This document shows positions 43,105-52,245 of a stretch of 55,667 nt of DNA, piece after piece. The stretch is taken from the UHGV virus genome UHGV-0228215, one strand, 5' to 3'. The DNA is from a virus. Positions within the stretch are counted from its first letter, which is position 1; every line of letters starts with the position of its first letter. The translations under genes were made by a program, and so were the position numbers. A model generated the notes under the pieces. The model had not been told where the DNA came from and did no database searches. It saw only the letters and a program-made list of their open reading frames with translations.

Positions 43105-45612
43105 TTACTTCTTCTTACGCCATCCTCTTATGGAGCGGCGGGTAGCGTCTTTGAGTACTGTCGGCTCCCAGTCGGGACGAGTGGACATGATGCGGTTGAC
43201 ACGCTTGCGAGCGTCGCGCGGGATGCGCCCCTCGATCCTGAAGCCTAGCGCCCAGCGGCAGATGTCGTCGAAGCAGACCACCGTCCGCTCCTCCAGCGCT
43301 TCGCTGTCCAGCTCCGTCACTCCTTGCGTATTGTAATAGTAGCCGTCGAGGGTGTCAATGGGTAGCGAGCGGTAGCCTACGGGGACGGGCGTGTCGAGGA
43401 ACGTCTGTATTGTCTCCTCCCAAACGTCGATCTCTTTATAGGCTTTCTGTACTTCGCGAAGCTGCTCCTCCATCTCGCGTGAGAGGATCAGCGTCGGGTC
43501 GCTCTTGTAGAGCGTCTGGGCTTCCGCCCAGACCTGATCCACCACTTGCGGCGTTAGGTAGGTAAAGGGCATCATCGACGGATCGGTCGTTCCCTGCACA
43601 AGGATCACCCAGTAGCGTCTCTCACCGGTGGAGTCGCGGAGGAAGTCGTGCTCGTTCGTCGTGCCGGCGAAGACGCACTGCCGCTTGCGGTAGACCTTGT
43701 GCCGTCCGTAGGGAGCGATGAAGTCATCTGTCGTCTTGGAGAGGAAGCCCTTGGCATTGGCGACGCCTGAGGACATGATCCCGACCAGCTCCGGGTCCTC
43801 GATGATCCACGCCCCCTGCATCTGAGCCGACGCTTGTCGGATGTTGTCCAGCGAGACCAGCGTCCCCGAGTACCACTCCCGCCCGAGCCGCTCTAAGAGC
43901 GTGGACTTACCGCAACCGGTCTTACCTACCAGGACCAGCATATTATCAAACTTCACCCCGGGGCGAAAGATCCTCGCCACTGCCGCTTTGAGCCAGCGGA
44001 TGGTCATCGCTCTATTGAGCGGCGTGTCGTCCGCCCCGAGCGTCCGTATGATCAGCTCCTCCGCCCTCGGCACGCCGTCCCAGGTGAGCCCCTCTAAGTA
44101 CCGCTTGATGGGGTGAAAAGCGTACCGGCTCTCCACAGTGATTAGGGAGTCGTCGATGATCTGCCGGTTGTCTATCTTGTAGTAGTGCGAGGAAAGCCAG
44201 CTCCTGAGTTGCGACACGTCGTCATCGGTGACGTAGTCCGGCGTGCCGGTCTGCATCGGTCGCCACGGCAGGTCGCGCGTCACGACGGCTCGGTCGTGGA
44301 AGGTGTCCCGCGCGAAGCTCCCCCGGATCCGTTTGTCATTTTCCAAAATCTTAATGACGTTGAAGTGGCTGTTGTCGAAGCGCACCCGTCCCGACCGCTC
44401 CACCTTATAGATTAGATCGCTTGCCCAGTCGGCGAACTCCTCCTCGTCCTTCATCGGGTCGTAGTCCTCGGTACTATCGGACGGTTCGGACGGGTCGGAC
44501 GAGTCGGACGATAGGGAAAAGTCCTCCGGCGCGACCTGCGCCATCAGCTCCCTATTCTGCTCCTTCTTCACCCTCTCCAGTGAGCCGGCGAAGTCGCACA
44601 TCATCCCGTAGGATGGTCGCTCCGTCATCGGCACGTCCGCCCCGCACGTCACGTCATACGACCCGTAGCGGTGTATGCGGACAAGGTCAAAGGAGTTTAG
44701 CAGTCGCCCCTCGGCGGGGTCGGTGGCGTGGTAGGAGTAGAAAAACTTCCCTTCGTCGTAGACGATCGCCCCGCCTGTCGTGTGCCCGTCGGCGTACGTC
44801 CAGCGGTTGGGCGATCCCGTGGGAGCATAGACCCCAGCCAGCAGGTCCCCCAGCACGTCATATATAGAGTACGCCCTACAGAAGCAGCCGACGATGCCCC
44901 GCTTCGTCGTCGGATCCTCCGCTCGGTCCGCCACTCTGCGCCGTTGGGTAAAGGGGTCCGCCCCCGTGAGCCACTTATCTACTGCCATCGGGTTGCCGTC
45001 AAAGGACTTGGAGAGAAACTCCCCGTCCGAAGGGCACGACGGCCAGAACATCAGCCGCTCCGCCTGATCGGTCGTGGGGTCAAACTGCTCCTCTCCAACC
45101 AGATCCGCCACACGGGTAGCGAGGGCGGTGTACTCCTCCCTCGTCACGTCCCGGGAGAGGGGCATCACAAGCCTCAGCCGCTGCCTCTCCTGCGTGTGTG
45201 AGTGGGTCGTGTGGAGGAGGAAGGAGTAGACCGGGAAGACCTCTCTCAGGCGATCGTAGGTCGACCTGAAGTCCGTTGCGCTGTCGAGGTCGAGCGAGAG
45301 AAGGGAGCGGTAGAGGAGGTTTGCTTTCTTCCTCCGCCCGTCCCTCAGCTCTCCCGCCACGTAGCCCCCAACGTCCTTGGCGTCCACCTGGTCATCCTTC
45401 GTCATCGCCTGATACTCGGCGACCGTCTCCCCCGTGCGGGTCGGTGTGGAGAGCCGCTCCACCAGATCCCGCCACGTCATCCGGACGGCATCCCAGGCGA
45501 CTGCCCTGCGGGACCGCCCTATGGAGAGCGTGTAGAGCCGCTCCGCCGAGGGATCGATCTGTCGGGAGACGTTATCCGGCGTGAGGGGAAGTGGGTTACT
45601 TACTCTCGCCAT
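43105..45612 (-). CDS. Primase-helicase: N-terminal archaeo-eukaryotic-type primase (AEP) fused to C-terminal P-loop NTPase (D5/VirE-like)
   Basis: AEP motifs LLSLDLD (DxD) and LLHTTHSHT. P-loop VGKTGCGKST and Walker B WIIEDPELVG. Confidence 0.7.
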   Translation of the reverse strand: MARVSNPLPLTPDNVSRQIDPSAERLYTLSIGRSRRAVAWDAVRMTWRDLVERLSTPTRTGETVAEYQAMTKDDQVDAKDVGGYVAGELRDGRRKKANLLYRSLLSLDLDSATDFRSTYDRLREVFPVYSFLLHTTHSHTQERQRLRLVMPLSRDVTREEYTALATRVADLVGEEQFDPTTDQAERLMFWPSCPSDGEFLSKSFDGNPMAVDKWLTGADPFTQRRRVADRAEDPTTKRGIVGCFCRAYSIYDVLGDLLAGVYAPTGSPNRWTYADGHTTGGAIVYDEGKFFYSYHATDPAEGRLLNSFDLVRIHRYGSYDVTCGADVPMTERPSYGMMCDFAGSLERVKKEQNRELMAQVAPEDFSLSSDSSDPSEPSDSTEDYDPMKDEEEFADWASDLIYKVERSGRVRFDNSHFNVIKILENDKRIRGSFARDTFHDRAVVTRDLPWRPMQTGTPDYVTDDDVSQLRSWLSSHYYKIDNRQIIDDSLITVESRYAFHPIKRYLEGLTWDGVPRAEELIIRTLGADDTPLNRAMTIRWLKAAVARIFRPGVKFDNMLVLVGKTGCGKSTLLERLGREWYSGTLVSLDNIRQASAQMQGAWIIEDPELVGIMSSGVANAKGFLSKTTDDFIAPYGRHKVYRKRQCVFAGTTNEHDFLRDSTGERRYWVILVQGTTDPSMMPFTYLTPQVVDQVWAEAQTLYKSDPTLILSREMEEQLREVQKAYKEIDVWEETIQTFLDTPVPVGYRSLPIDTLDGYYYNTQGVTELDSEALEERTVVCFDDICRWALGFRIEGRIPRDARKRVNRIMSTRPDWEPTVLKDATRRSIRGWRKKK

Positions 45613-45907
45613 TGCATTCCTTAATGTCTTCCTTAATCTCCATGATGGTCATCAGGGCGTAGTTGGCGAGGTCGATGAGGGTGTCCGTCAACTTCTCCTC
45701 CTGCACCTGCGCCTTGCTCGTGCGCATCAGCTGTATTGCACGCCGAAGCTTCTCCTGCATCCTGCTGACCGGGTACATCGCTCCCCACTCCTTGTAAATC
45801 TCCGTAAAGGAGTCACCGTAGTCCTTATTCTTCCGCGCATAAAGCGCCGCCATCTCCCCCGTGAGCTGCTTGAAGCGCTCTACCTTGCTATTGTATTCTA
45901 TTGCCAT
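45596..45907 (-). CDS. Hypothetical small protein (KNKDYGDSF motif)
   Basis: ORF overlaps the primase start by 17 nt. Function not assignable by eye. Confidence 0.3.
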   Translation of the reverse strand: MAIEYNSKVERFKQLTGEMAALYARKNKDYGDSFTEIYKEWGAMYPVSRMQEKLRRAIQLMRTSKAQVQEEKLTDTLIDLANYALMTIMEIKEDIKECNGESK

Positions 45908-45911
45908 ATGA

Positions 45912-47045
45912 TTACTCTGTCACTATCTCGTACTTGTACTTATACTCGTCCAGTATCGCCTTGGTGACGACGGCGCAGTCTTTCATCACGGACAGCTCCA
46001 CGCTTGCCCTTGTCCTCTTGATGATCTTGGTCACGCCGGTGCCTATCCCCGGTATGGACAAGAGCTCCCTGTGCTTGGCGTACTGAAGCTCGGTCACCAG
46101 GTCGGCGATGGCGTCTGTCAGTGTGATGTCTGTATTGAACATCGGCTCTCCCGGGGTCTCTCCACGCATCGCTGTGAATCCCTCTGCGGACGGCTTGGCG
46201 AGGTGGTAGATGATCGGGAAGCAGCCCTCGGGGTAGACCTCTATTCGGCTCTTGCGGCGAGAGTAGCAGACAGGGAGCTTGCCTCCGACATTGACCCCCT
46301 GATCCTGGTAGCCGGTTGCGCCGCACGCCACCCTATAGAGGGCTCTGTAGTACCTCTCCTGCCACGCCTCCGGTGGCACGGGGACGTAAGGGACGGAGAT
46401 TCGGATCCGCACGTCGTCCGTCAGCGGCGGCTCCTGTGAGCGGATGAGGAAAAGGTTCTCCTGCATCATCTGAGCCTTTTGCCAGATGAAGCCCCGCTCG
46501 CTTGTGGAGCCGAGCCGACCTTTCTCGAAGACCCTGTAGAACTCCTCCTCCTCGTCGACGATCTTCCGATCTATCTCCCGCATCGCCCGTAGCACCTCCT
46601 TGTCGTGGTCGATGACCTTGCGAAAGAGCTCCTCGTCCTCCTCCGGCAGGTGCCGCCCGAGGCTCCCCGGCTCACGGAAGAAGCTCGCATCCAGCCATAT
46701 GCTCCCCGGGTATTTGATCCCCATCAGCAGAGCGGTGTCACGCATTGGACCCGTGTAGCCAAAGTTCCGTCCCCGCTCGAAGACCCCCTCGATGGAGTAG
46801 CCGAAGTCCTCCTCGAGGTCGAGGTCAAGGTTGAGTGAGAGGATCACCTCAAGGAAGCTCTCCGCACTCGGCACCACAGTCTGGCAAGCGTTCATCTCGT
46901 CCGTGAGAGCCTTCAGGTCCTCTTCGGACGTGGTCAGCACCCGCACCTGGTCGCTGTCGTCTAAGGTGCAGACGAAGGCATTAGGGATCACGCCCTCATC
47001 GTCCCGGTAGTACTCGGGGATGATGTATAATCGTCGATGTCTCAT
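45912..47045 (-). CDS. Hypothetical replication/recombination-module protein with C-terminal helix-hairpin-helix (LSIPGIGTGVTKII)
   Basis: GIG helix-hairpin-helix motif near the C-terminus. Located between SSB and primase. Confidence 0.3.
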   Translation of the reverse strand: MRHRRLYIIPEYYRDDEGVIPNAFVCTLDDSDQVRVLTTSEEDLKALTDEMNACQTVVPSAESFLEVILSLNLDLDLEEDFGYSIEGVFERGRNFGYTGPMRDTALLMGIKYPGSIWLDASFFREPGSLGRHLPEEDEELFRKVIDHDKEVLRAMREIDRKIVDEEEEFYRVFEKGRLGSTSERGFIWQKAQMMQENLFLIRSQEPPLTDDVRIRISVPYVPVPPEAWQERYYRALYRVACGATGYQDQGVNVGGKLPVCYSRRKSRIEVYPEGCFPIIYHLAKPSAEGFTAMRGETPGEPMFNTDITLTDAIADLVTELQYAKHRELLSIPGIGTGVTKIIKRTRASVELSVMKDCAVVTKAILDEYKYKYEIVTE

Positions 47046-47130
47046 AAGCTATTGTTGCTTGGTTATGGTTTTACTTGTCTTTTCTCAGTGCCTGCCGACA
47101 CGGTCAGGCGTCGGCAGGCTGTGGGGCTTT

Positions 47131-47772
47131 TTAGAAGGGCAGGTCGCCTGCTACCTCAGCCCCCTCGGGGATCTCCTCGTCGGCACTCGTCATGCCGGCG
47201 AGGGCGAAGTCGTCCTCGTCGTATGACTTCCCGCCGAGGCGCTTGCCGTCGGCGAGCTTCTGCACGACAGTGAGCTGGGCGGAGATACCGCCCTTGCCGC
47301 CACGGAACCACGGGAAAAACTCCACCTGGCAGCGGACGATCGCGCCCGAGTAGAAGACCTCATCCACCTCCTCTGCGGGCACAAGTTTATTGCCTGCGTC
47401 CAGCAGGGCAGGCGGGTACTTCGTCGTAGCCTTCAGGACCAAGCCATTCGGATCCGCCCGGTCGTCCTCGCCCTTGGCGTACTTGTCGGGGCGGACGCAG
47501 GAGAAGAACTTCTCCCCCTCGGGGCGACCCTTCTTCCCCCAGCAGTTCTGGTCTTCATTTCCCTGCTCGATCGCCGCCTTCATGCAGTCGGTGATCATCT
47601 CGTAGAGGGGTTTGTTTAACTTCGAGAAGGCGAAGTTTGCCTCGTACTTGTCTGACGGGAATTCGCCCGAGGTGTTTTTCTTTCCTAAGTAAGGAAAGGA
47701 TAGCGTCACCGCACTGGTGATCATCTTTGTGTCGCCCTTCTTGACGGGCGCGATGGTAGTGATGTCGATCAT
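47131..47772 (-). CDS. ssb: Phage SSB-like protein (DUF2815-type) with acidic C-terminal tail ending DLPF
   Basis: C-terminal DEDDFALAGMTSADEEIPEGAEVAGDLPF mimics the SSB DDDIPF tail. Sits next to a DUF2800-like exonuclease, the typical pairing. Confidence 0.55.
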   Translation of the reverse strand: MIDITTIAPVKKGDTKMITSAVTLSFPYLGKKNTSGEFPSDKYEANFAFSKLNKPLYEMITDCMKAAIEQGNEDQNCWGKKGRPEGEKFFSCVRPDKYAKGEDDRADPNGLVLKATTKYPPALLDAGNKLVPAEEVDEVFYSGAIVRCQVEFFPWFRGGKGGISAQLTVVQKLADGKRLGGKSYDEDDFALAGMTSADEEIPEGAEVAGDLPF

Positions 47773-47825
47773 GATAAAGTGTACTTGAAGTTATATAGTG
47801 AATGATTGAAATCGTCTGTACAAAT

Positions 47826-48010
47826 GGTTTTGGCGGTAACCAGTTGCGGTTTTAGCGGTAACCAGTTGCGGTTTTCACGGTAACCAGTTGCGGTTTTATC
47901 GGTAACCAGTAATGAGTGAAGTCGTTTCCCACAATGGTTTTACTCATGTTCCGCAACGGTTTTACTCATGTTCCGTAACGGATTTACTCATGTTCCGCAA
48001 CGGTTTTACT
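47826..48010. repeat. Tandem array 3: about 8 x 22-bp repeats. 4 units GGTAACCAGTTGCGGTTTTA-like, then 4 units GGTTTTACTCATGTTCCGCAAC
   Basis: Read directly. Same two unit types as array 2, but as reverse complements and in the opposite relative order. The last unit overlaps the stop codon of the exonuclease gene. Confidence 0.9.
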
Positions 48011-49232
48011 CTTTCTTGGAGAGGGCGAAGTCGGCTTCGTCATAGGTGCCCTTCGCCTCCCTCGGGTCGCTGTCGGGGACAAGGGTAGGCTTGCCCTCCG
48101 GCTTGTCTACTAGGTCTGAGTAGTCGGCGGTGAAGGCTTTCTTCCCCACCAGCTTCTCTAATTTCCCGATGCCGAGGAGCTTTGTCTCTAAGAAGTCCGC
48201 TTCCTTGAAGCCATTCCCCTTCAGCCTCTCGCACATCGCCTCCTCGTCGGTCACCTTGCGGACGCTGCGCCCCGGGACCACCTTCCAGCGGGGGAGCGTG
48301 GCTCCGTCGGCGATGCGGGCGTACGCCTCATCCTCGGCAGCCTTGAGGTAGTCCCGCACCAGCTCCGCCTGGTCGAGGACGCCTGCCAGCTCCTCATCCG
48401 TGAGCTGCTTATGCTCCGTGTGGGAGAGGGCGAAGTCCCTCAAGTCGTAGATCTGCTTCCTCCGTGCGGGGCAGTCCACCTTGGCGCGGCAGAAGCGACA
48501 ATGCTCTCCGGGGAAGGGGTCCCCCTCGCCGGCAAAAGCACGCTTGGCGGTCGGTCTGAGTAGCACGTCGCCCCAGCCCTCCAGCTGCTCGGTGGAGATG
48601 ACCCAGGTGTCCTCGCTCTCCAGCCTAGGCTGGTAGATCGTCATGGCGACATACCTGGGAGCTGTCCCCATGATCGCCTTGACGTAAGCGAGCGCACCGA
48701 GGGCGTAGATCATCATCTGAGAATTCTCCTCTGCCGAGACCCGCACGCCCCGACCATACTTGTAGTCCATGATCGCCAGCGTGTGGGCTGAGTAGCAGAG
48801 GAAGTCGACCGAACCGAAGCCCTCAGGGATGTAGCCCTCGAGGTCGACCCGAACCTCCGTCAGGGCGTACGCCCCCGTGTCACAGTGCGCCTCGAGGTCG
48901 TCCCTCGTGCGTAGAGCCGCGGCGGCGTACTCCCTCGCGTGGCGGATCATCTCCGCCGCGTCGTAGTCGGTGAGGTCGTGCTCCTTGGCGAAGCGGTCGA
49001 TGTACGCCGTCATCAGCGCCTCGCCAGGCTCGTCCTCGCCCTCCAGCAGGGCAGAGGCGTACGCCTCGGCGACCTCATGGGCGATCGTCCCCTCGATGGC
49101 GGCAGGGCTGGTGGTGTCGGGGTACTGCTCCTCCATCCGTGCGGAGGGGGTGCAGAGGAGCCAGCGGTGAGCTGAGGAGGGAGAGAGAATGGCGTGGTCG
49201 CGGCTCTCGTGATCCTTGAGTGTAGTGTCCAT
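48006..49232 (-). CDS. PD-(D/E)XK exonuclease with C-terminal 4-Cys cluster (DUF2800 / Cas4-like)
   Basis: N-terminal AILSPSSAHRWLLCTPS (DUF2800 hallmark), a D...E.K nuclease core, and CRFCRAKVDCP cysteines. Confidence 0.6.
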   Translation of the reverse strand: MDTTLKDHESRDHAILSPSSAHRWLLCTPSARMEEQYPDTTSPAAIEGTIAHEVAEAYASALLEGEDEPGEALMTAYIDRFAKEHDLTDYDAAEMIRHAREYAAAALRTRDDLEAHCDTGAYALTEVRVDLEGYIPEGFGSVDFLCYSAHTLAIMDYKYGRGVRVSAEENSQMMIYALGALAYVKAIMGTAPRYVAMTIYQPRLESEDTWVISTEQLEGWGDVLLRPTAKRAFAGEGDPFPGEHCRFCRAKVDCPARRKQIYDLRDFALSHTEHKQLTDEELAGVLDQAELVRDYLKAAEDEAYARIADGATLPRWKVVPGRSVRKVTDEEAMCERLKGNGFKEADFLETKLLGIGKLEKLVGKKAFTADYSDLVDKPEGKPTLVPDSDPREAKGTYDEADFALSKKE

Positions 49233-49240
49233 GGTGTTTA

Positions 49241-49699
49241 TTAAGCGTAGTTCTGTAGTTTAGAGTGTGCCTCCTCGAGGCGGTCAGTGGGGATTTCGGT
49301 GATGGACTTCACGCCCAGTTCGCCGAGCCAGCTGTAGAGCCAGTTGAGTCCCTTCTTGCGGGAGATGGCGTTGACGCTCTTGCGGAGGTCAGCCATGGAG
49401 AGGGCGGTCTTGTCGGACGGGTCGGACTTATCGGACGTGTCGGACGGGTGTGCTGTCTTATCGGACGGGTCGGACGAGTCGGACGGCGTCTCCTCCTGTC
49501 CTGCCGGGGGGTAGGGCTTAGGGGTCGGCTGTGTGGTCGGCTTCTGAGCAGGCTTTGTGGTCGGCTTCTCGGTGGGCTTTGGGGTCTCGTCCGACTCGTC
49601 CGACTTGTCCGACTTGTCCGATTTTGGGGTCAGCAGTACCTTCAGGATCTCCGCCTGTAGGGACTGATCCTCTTCGCTTAGGGTGATTGTAATTTCCAT
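49241..49699 (-). CDS. Hypothetical protein with SD[KP] tripeptide repeats and KPTxKP repeats
   Basis: SDKSDKSDESDE, KPTEKPTTKPAQKPTTQPTPKP and PSDSSDPSDKTAHPSDTSDKSDPSDKT are encoded by 9-bp GTCGGAC-type DNA repeats. Confidence 0.35.
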   Translation of the reverse strand: MEITITLSEEDQSLQAEILKVLLTPKSDKSDKSDESDETPKPTEKPTTKPAQKPTTQPTPKPYPPAGQEETPSDSSDPSDKTAHPSDTSDKSDPSDKTALSMADLRKSVNAISRKKGLNWLYSWLGELGVKSITEIPTDRLEEAHSKLQNYA

Positions 49700-49721
49700 T
49701 GTGACTATTGCTTGTGGTTAG

Positions 49722-49925
49722 TTAGTATCTCTCGATGAGCATCCGTCGTACGTCGGTCCCCTTGAGGAGGAGCCGGCTGTCGCTCTTCCTGAGGATCGGG
49801 CGGATGCCCAGGCGGTCGATGTACCGCCTTACGGTAGGCTTGGAGACCTCGAGGATCTCCGCTGTCTCTCGGACGGTGTACCAGCCCCCGGGGCTGATCT
49901 CCGGCATCTCAGTCAGCGTCTTCAT
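49722..49925 (-). CDS. Excisionase/AlpA-type HTH DNA-binding protein (start approximate; tool ORF extends to 50048)
   Basis: WYTVRETAEILEVSKPTVRRYIDRLGIRPIL matches the excisionase-family HTH. My base indexing near the internal ATG was off by one, so the start is approximate. Confidence 0.5.
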   Translation of the reverse strand: MKTLTEMPEISPGGWYTVRETAEILEVSKPTVRRYIDRLGIRPILRKSDSRLLLKGTDVRRMLIERY

Positions 49926-50142
49926 GGTGCGGTCTCCTTTCCTTGAACTCTGTCCACCCGAAGCGGATCGCATGCCAGCCGAAGAGGACGCTGGCCGCAA
50001 AGGGGAGCAGCCCGCCGAGGAAGTCTCGCCCCAGCACGAAGCCGCCACAGAAGATCGTCAGCACGCCGACGACGCAGAAGCCGAGGGTGGAGAAGTAGAG
50101 CTCCACCGTGTCTAATACCCTGTCGATGTCTTTTTCTTCCAT
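49909..50142 (-). CDS. Small two-TM membrane protein (overlapping, translationally coupled)
   Basis: Two hydrophobic helices (LGFCVVGVLTIFCGGFVLG and LLPFAASVLFGW). Start overlaps the stop of the upstream gene. Confidence 0.3.
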   Translation of the reverse strand: MEEKDIDRVLDTVELYFSTLGFCVVGVLTIFCGGFVLGRDFLGGLLPFAASVLFGWHAIRFGWTEFKERRPHHEDAD

Positions 50143-50474
50143 TACTTCCGTCTGTTAAGGTTATCGTCTATCCATTTAATTGCTTGCTCTTCTCTTTCAA
50201 AGTATAGCTCATCGCAGGTGCGTAGGTCTCGGCAGTGACCGCTGATGAGCCAGAGCCCATCGCACGCCGTCACGTCCCGGAGATCCTCCCCCGTCACGCG
50301 GACGATCGGGAAGCTCTCATAGTGGTGTACGGTCGCCATCGTCAGCTTGCCGACGTTGCGTGCCGTGTAGATGTATCGGTAGGTGCCGAGCGGACCTACC
50401 ACGATCACCTTCCGTAAGGTGCCGTCTTCCCATTTTTCCTCCAGATCGAGGAGTCTCTCATCGCTTATTCTCAT
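50142..50474 (-). CDS. Hypothetical early protein
   Basis: ORF in the early minus-strand operon. Confidence 0.3.
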   Translation of the reverse strand: MRISDERLLDLEEKWEDGTLRKVIVVGPLGTYRYIYTARNVGKLTMATVHHYESFPIVRVTGEDLRDVTACDGLWLISGHCRDLRTCDELYFEREEQAIKWIDDNLNRRK

Positions 50475-50677
50475 AGTTCAATAATCGTTATGGATGTAAC
50501 CTTGCCCTCGGAGATCTCATCCAGAAGGCGAGAGATCTCCCTCAAGACCTCCTCGGAGTCCTTGCAACTGATCACGGTGGAGGCGACGGCTGGCATAGTC
50601 ATTACCGGCTTACCTTCGTACTCTATGACCCCACTTATCGAGCACGCCTCCGATCGTTCTGCCTTTATTTTGTACAT
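50471..50677 (-). CDS. MYKI-family small protein paralog 1 (start at MYKIKAE; tool ORF extends to 50716)
   Basis: Shares the MYK/MYR N-terminus and overall pattern with the ORFs at 50700-50912 and 51618-51848. The TGTACATCAT start context is conserved in all three. Confidence 0.35.
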   Translation of the reverse strand: MYKIKAERSEACSISGVIEYEGKPVMTMPAVASTVISCKDSEEVLREISRLLDEISEGKVTSITIIEL

Positions 50678-50699
50678 CATCGCTTTCTTAGCTTTGTTC

Positions 50700-50912
50700 T
50701 CACTGATAGCTCTCAATATTTATGTGTGTTAGCCCCCCACAAGAAAGCCCCCTCATCAGGGGGAACATTAAGTCCATTAGCTCTATAATCTCGCAATCTG
50801 TCCTGGACATATGGAGTCTTCCATGCCGGAGGACCTCAGTCTTGACCTTGTGATTCCTGACTAATGCGTCGGTGTACTTTTTCGAGAACACTACTTCTAT
50901 CCTGTACATCAT
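50700..50912 (-). CDS. MYKI-family small protein paralog 2 (MMYRIEVV...)
   Basis: Paralog pattern as above. Confidence 0.3.
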   Translation of the reverse strand: MMYRIEVVFSKKYTDALVRNHKVKTEVLRHGRLHMSRTDCEIIELMDLMFPLMRGLSCGGLTHINIESYQ

Positions 50913-51109
50913 CGCTTGCTTATCTTCCTTATGGTTATCGTGAGTGCCTTTTGGTCGGTGTTGACGATCACCCGCTCATTTCGTCTCATCGCCAGCTTGT
51001 AGGCGTGGCTCTGAGCGTTAAGCATCGTCTTAGTGTCTGGCACCTTGAAGGTGCCGCTCCCCGGACAGGGGATCTTGTCATAATCCTCAGCAGTAAGTTT
51101 CTGTGTCAT
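50909..51109 (-). CDS. Hypothetical small early protein
   Basis: Translationally coupled ORF. Confidence 0.25.
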   Translation of the reverse strand: MTQKLTAEDYDKIPCPGSGTFKVPDTKTMLNAQSHAYKLAMRRNERVIVNTDQKALTITIRKISKR

Positions 51110-51114
51110 ACTCT

Positions 51115-51621
51115 CTATCTATCGTATTGTTGTATGTCTATCGTCATCATATCTTTTGCGTCGTCCGTCAGTCGGCGCGCCGCATACTCGTGTAGTATCA
51201 AGCAGTACAGGTTATCTTCGTCCTTGCACACGTACCAGGCTGAGTAGCGCATGGTGTCAGGATCCAGCGTGTAGATCCCGAATTGCTCAAGACTCTCTCC
51301 GGAGAGCCCCTTGGAGCAGTCGAGCGTATCCCAGTAGGAGAGGAACTCCCGACCGACTTTTGTGCGTCGGTCGACGGTCAGCCCTCCGATGTATTCCTTG
51401 ACGCCTTTCTTCAGCGTCCTTGGTACGGACACAGGCTTCATCTCTATTCCGCTGAACATCCCCGTGCGCCCAAGACACCAGCCTGTTGTCATCTCTAACG
51501 GCTTGACGCCGTAGTAGTCTGTCAGGACCTTTATCGCCTCCTTCTTATTCCTGATGTGCTGGTCATATAGCTCTCTGAGCGCCTGCTCAAAGGCTGTCCC
51601 TTTCTTAGCTGTCAGTATCAT
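51115..51621 (-). CDS. Hypothetical early protein (168 aa)
   Basis: ORF in the early operon. Confidence 0.3.
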   Translation of the reverse strand: MILTAKKGTAFEQALRELYDQHIRNKKEAIKVLTDYYGVKPLEMTTGWCLGRTGMFSGIEMKPVSVPRTLKKGVKEYIGGLTVDRRTKVGREFLSYWDTLDCSKGLSGESLEQFGIYTLDPDTMRYSAWYVCKDEDNLYCLILHEYAARRLTDDAKDMMTIDIQQYDR

Positions 51622-51848
51622 ACTTCGGGTTGCTTGTGGTTATCGTCGTCCTTAGTTATTGTTAAGCTCTTTACCTTGTTGGCAGCGATCATTTTGCAGA
51701 AACCGACGATAAGCCTGAGAGCGTCATCATCCTCTCGGGCGGTTGTGATCACCGTCGTTGTCCCCTCTATCTCTAGCGGGCTTAGGTCTCCCCACTCGTT
51801 AGGTGTCTGCAGCTCGTTGTTGGGGACTACTGTTGTTATCTTGTACAT
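51618..51848 (-). CDS. MYKI-family small protein paralog 3 (start MYKITTVV at 51846-51848; tool ORF extends to 51935)
   Basis: Paralog pattern as above. ATG verified. Confidence 0.3.
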   Translation of the reverse strand: MYKITTVVPNNELQTPNEWGDLSPLEIEGTTTVITTAREDDDALRLIVGFCKMIAANKVKSLTITKDDDNHKQPEV

Positions 51849-52033
51849 GGCTCTATTTTGTTTAGGTATTGCTTGATGGCAAAGCCCGGGATCTCGTCTA
51901 ATATATCTTCGTACGCTGGCTGCTGGAGAATCCATTTTCTTAGGATATGGACGATTATGTCCTTCGCCTCGCCTCGGCTCTCGATATATTCAGCGATCTC
52001 GTATGTCGATAGTGTTACATATATGTTCTTCAT
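51836..52033 (-). CDS. Small early protein, paralog of the ORF at 53195-53470
   Basis: Shared pattern I.S.EEAK.I...IL..W.......ILDEI......QYL. Confidence 0.3.
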   Translation of the reverse strand: MKNIYVTLSTYEIAEYIESRGEAKDIIVHILRKWILQQPAYEDILDEIPGFAIKQYLNKIEPCTR

Positions 52034-52044
52034 GATTTTTATCG

Positions 52045-52245
52045 TTAGTAGTTGTCGTTTTCTCCTTTGTCGAGGAGCTCCAGCACGAGCAAAAGCCCTG
52101 CTATTATCCCTTCCGTGGAGAGGTAGTCCACAACCTCTGGGTAATTGTCTTCGACAAGCTCAATGGCTGCAGGAGCTTTCTGCATCAGCGGCTCCGCCTT
52201 CAGCTCCTTCACCTCCTCGATTATCCTTTCTCTCAGAGTCTTCAC
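52045..52245 (-). CDS. Small acidic early protein, paralog of the ORF at 53010-53198
   Basis: Both begin M(K/R)(T/L)LRE(R/K)I(I/L)EE(V/I)(K/R)... and end acidic. Confidence 0.3.
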   Translation of the reverse strand: MKTLRERIIEEVKELKAEPLMQKAPAAIELVEDNYPEVVDYLSTEGIIAGLLLVLELLDKGENDNY

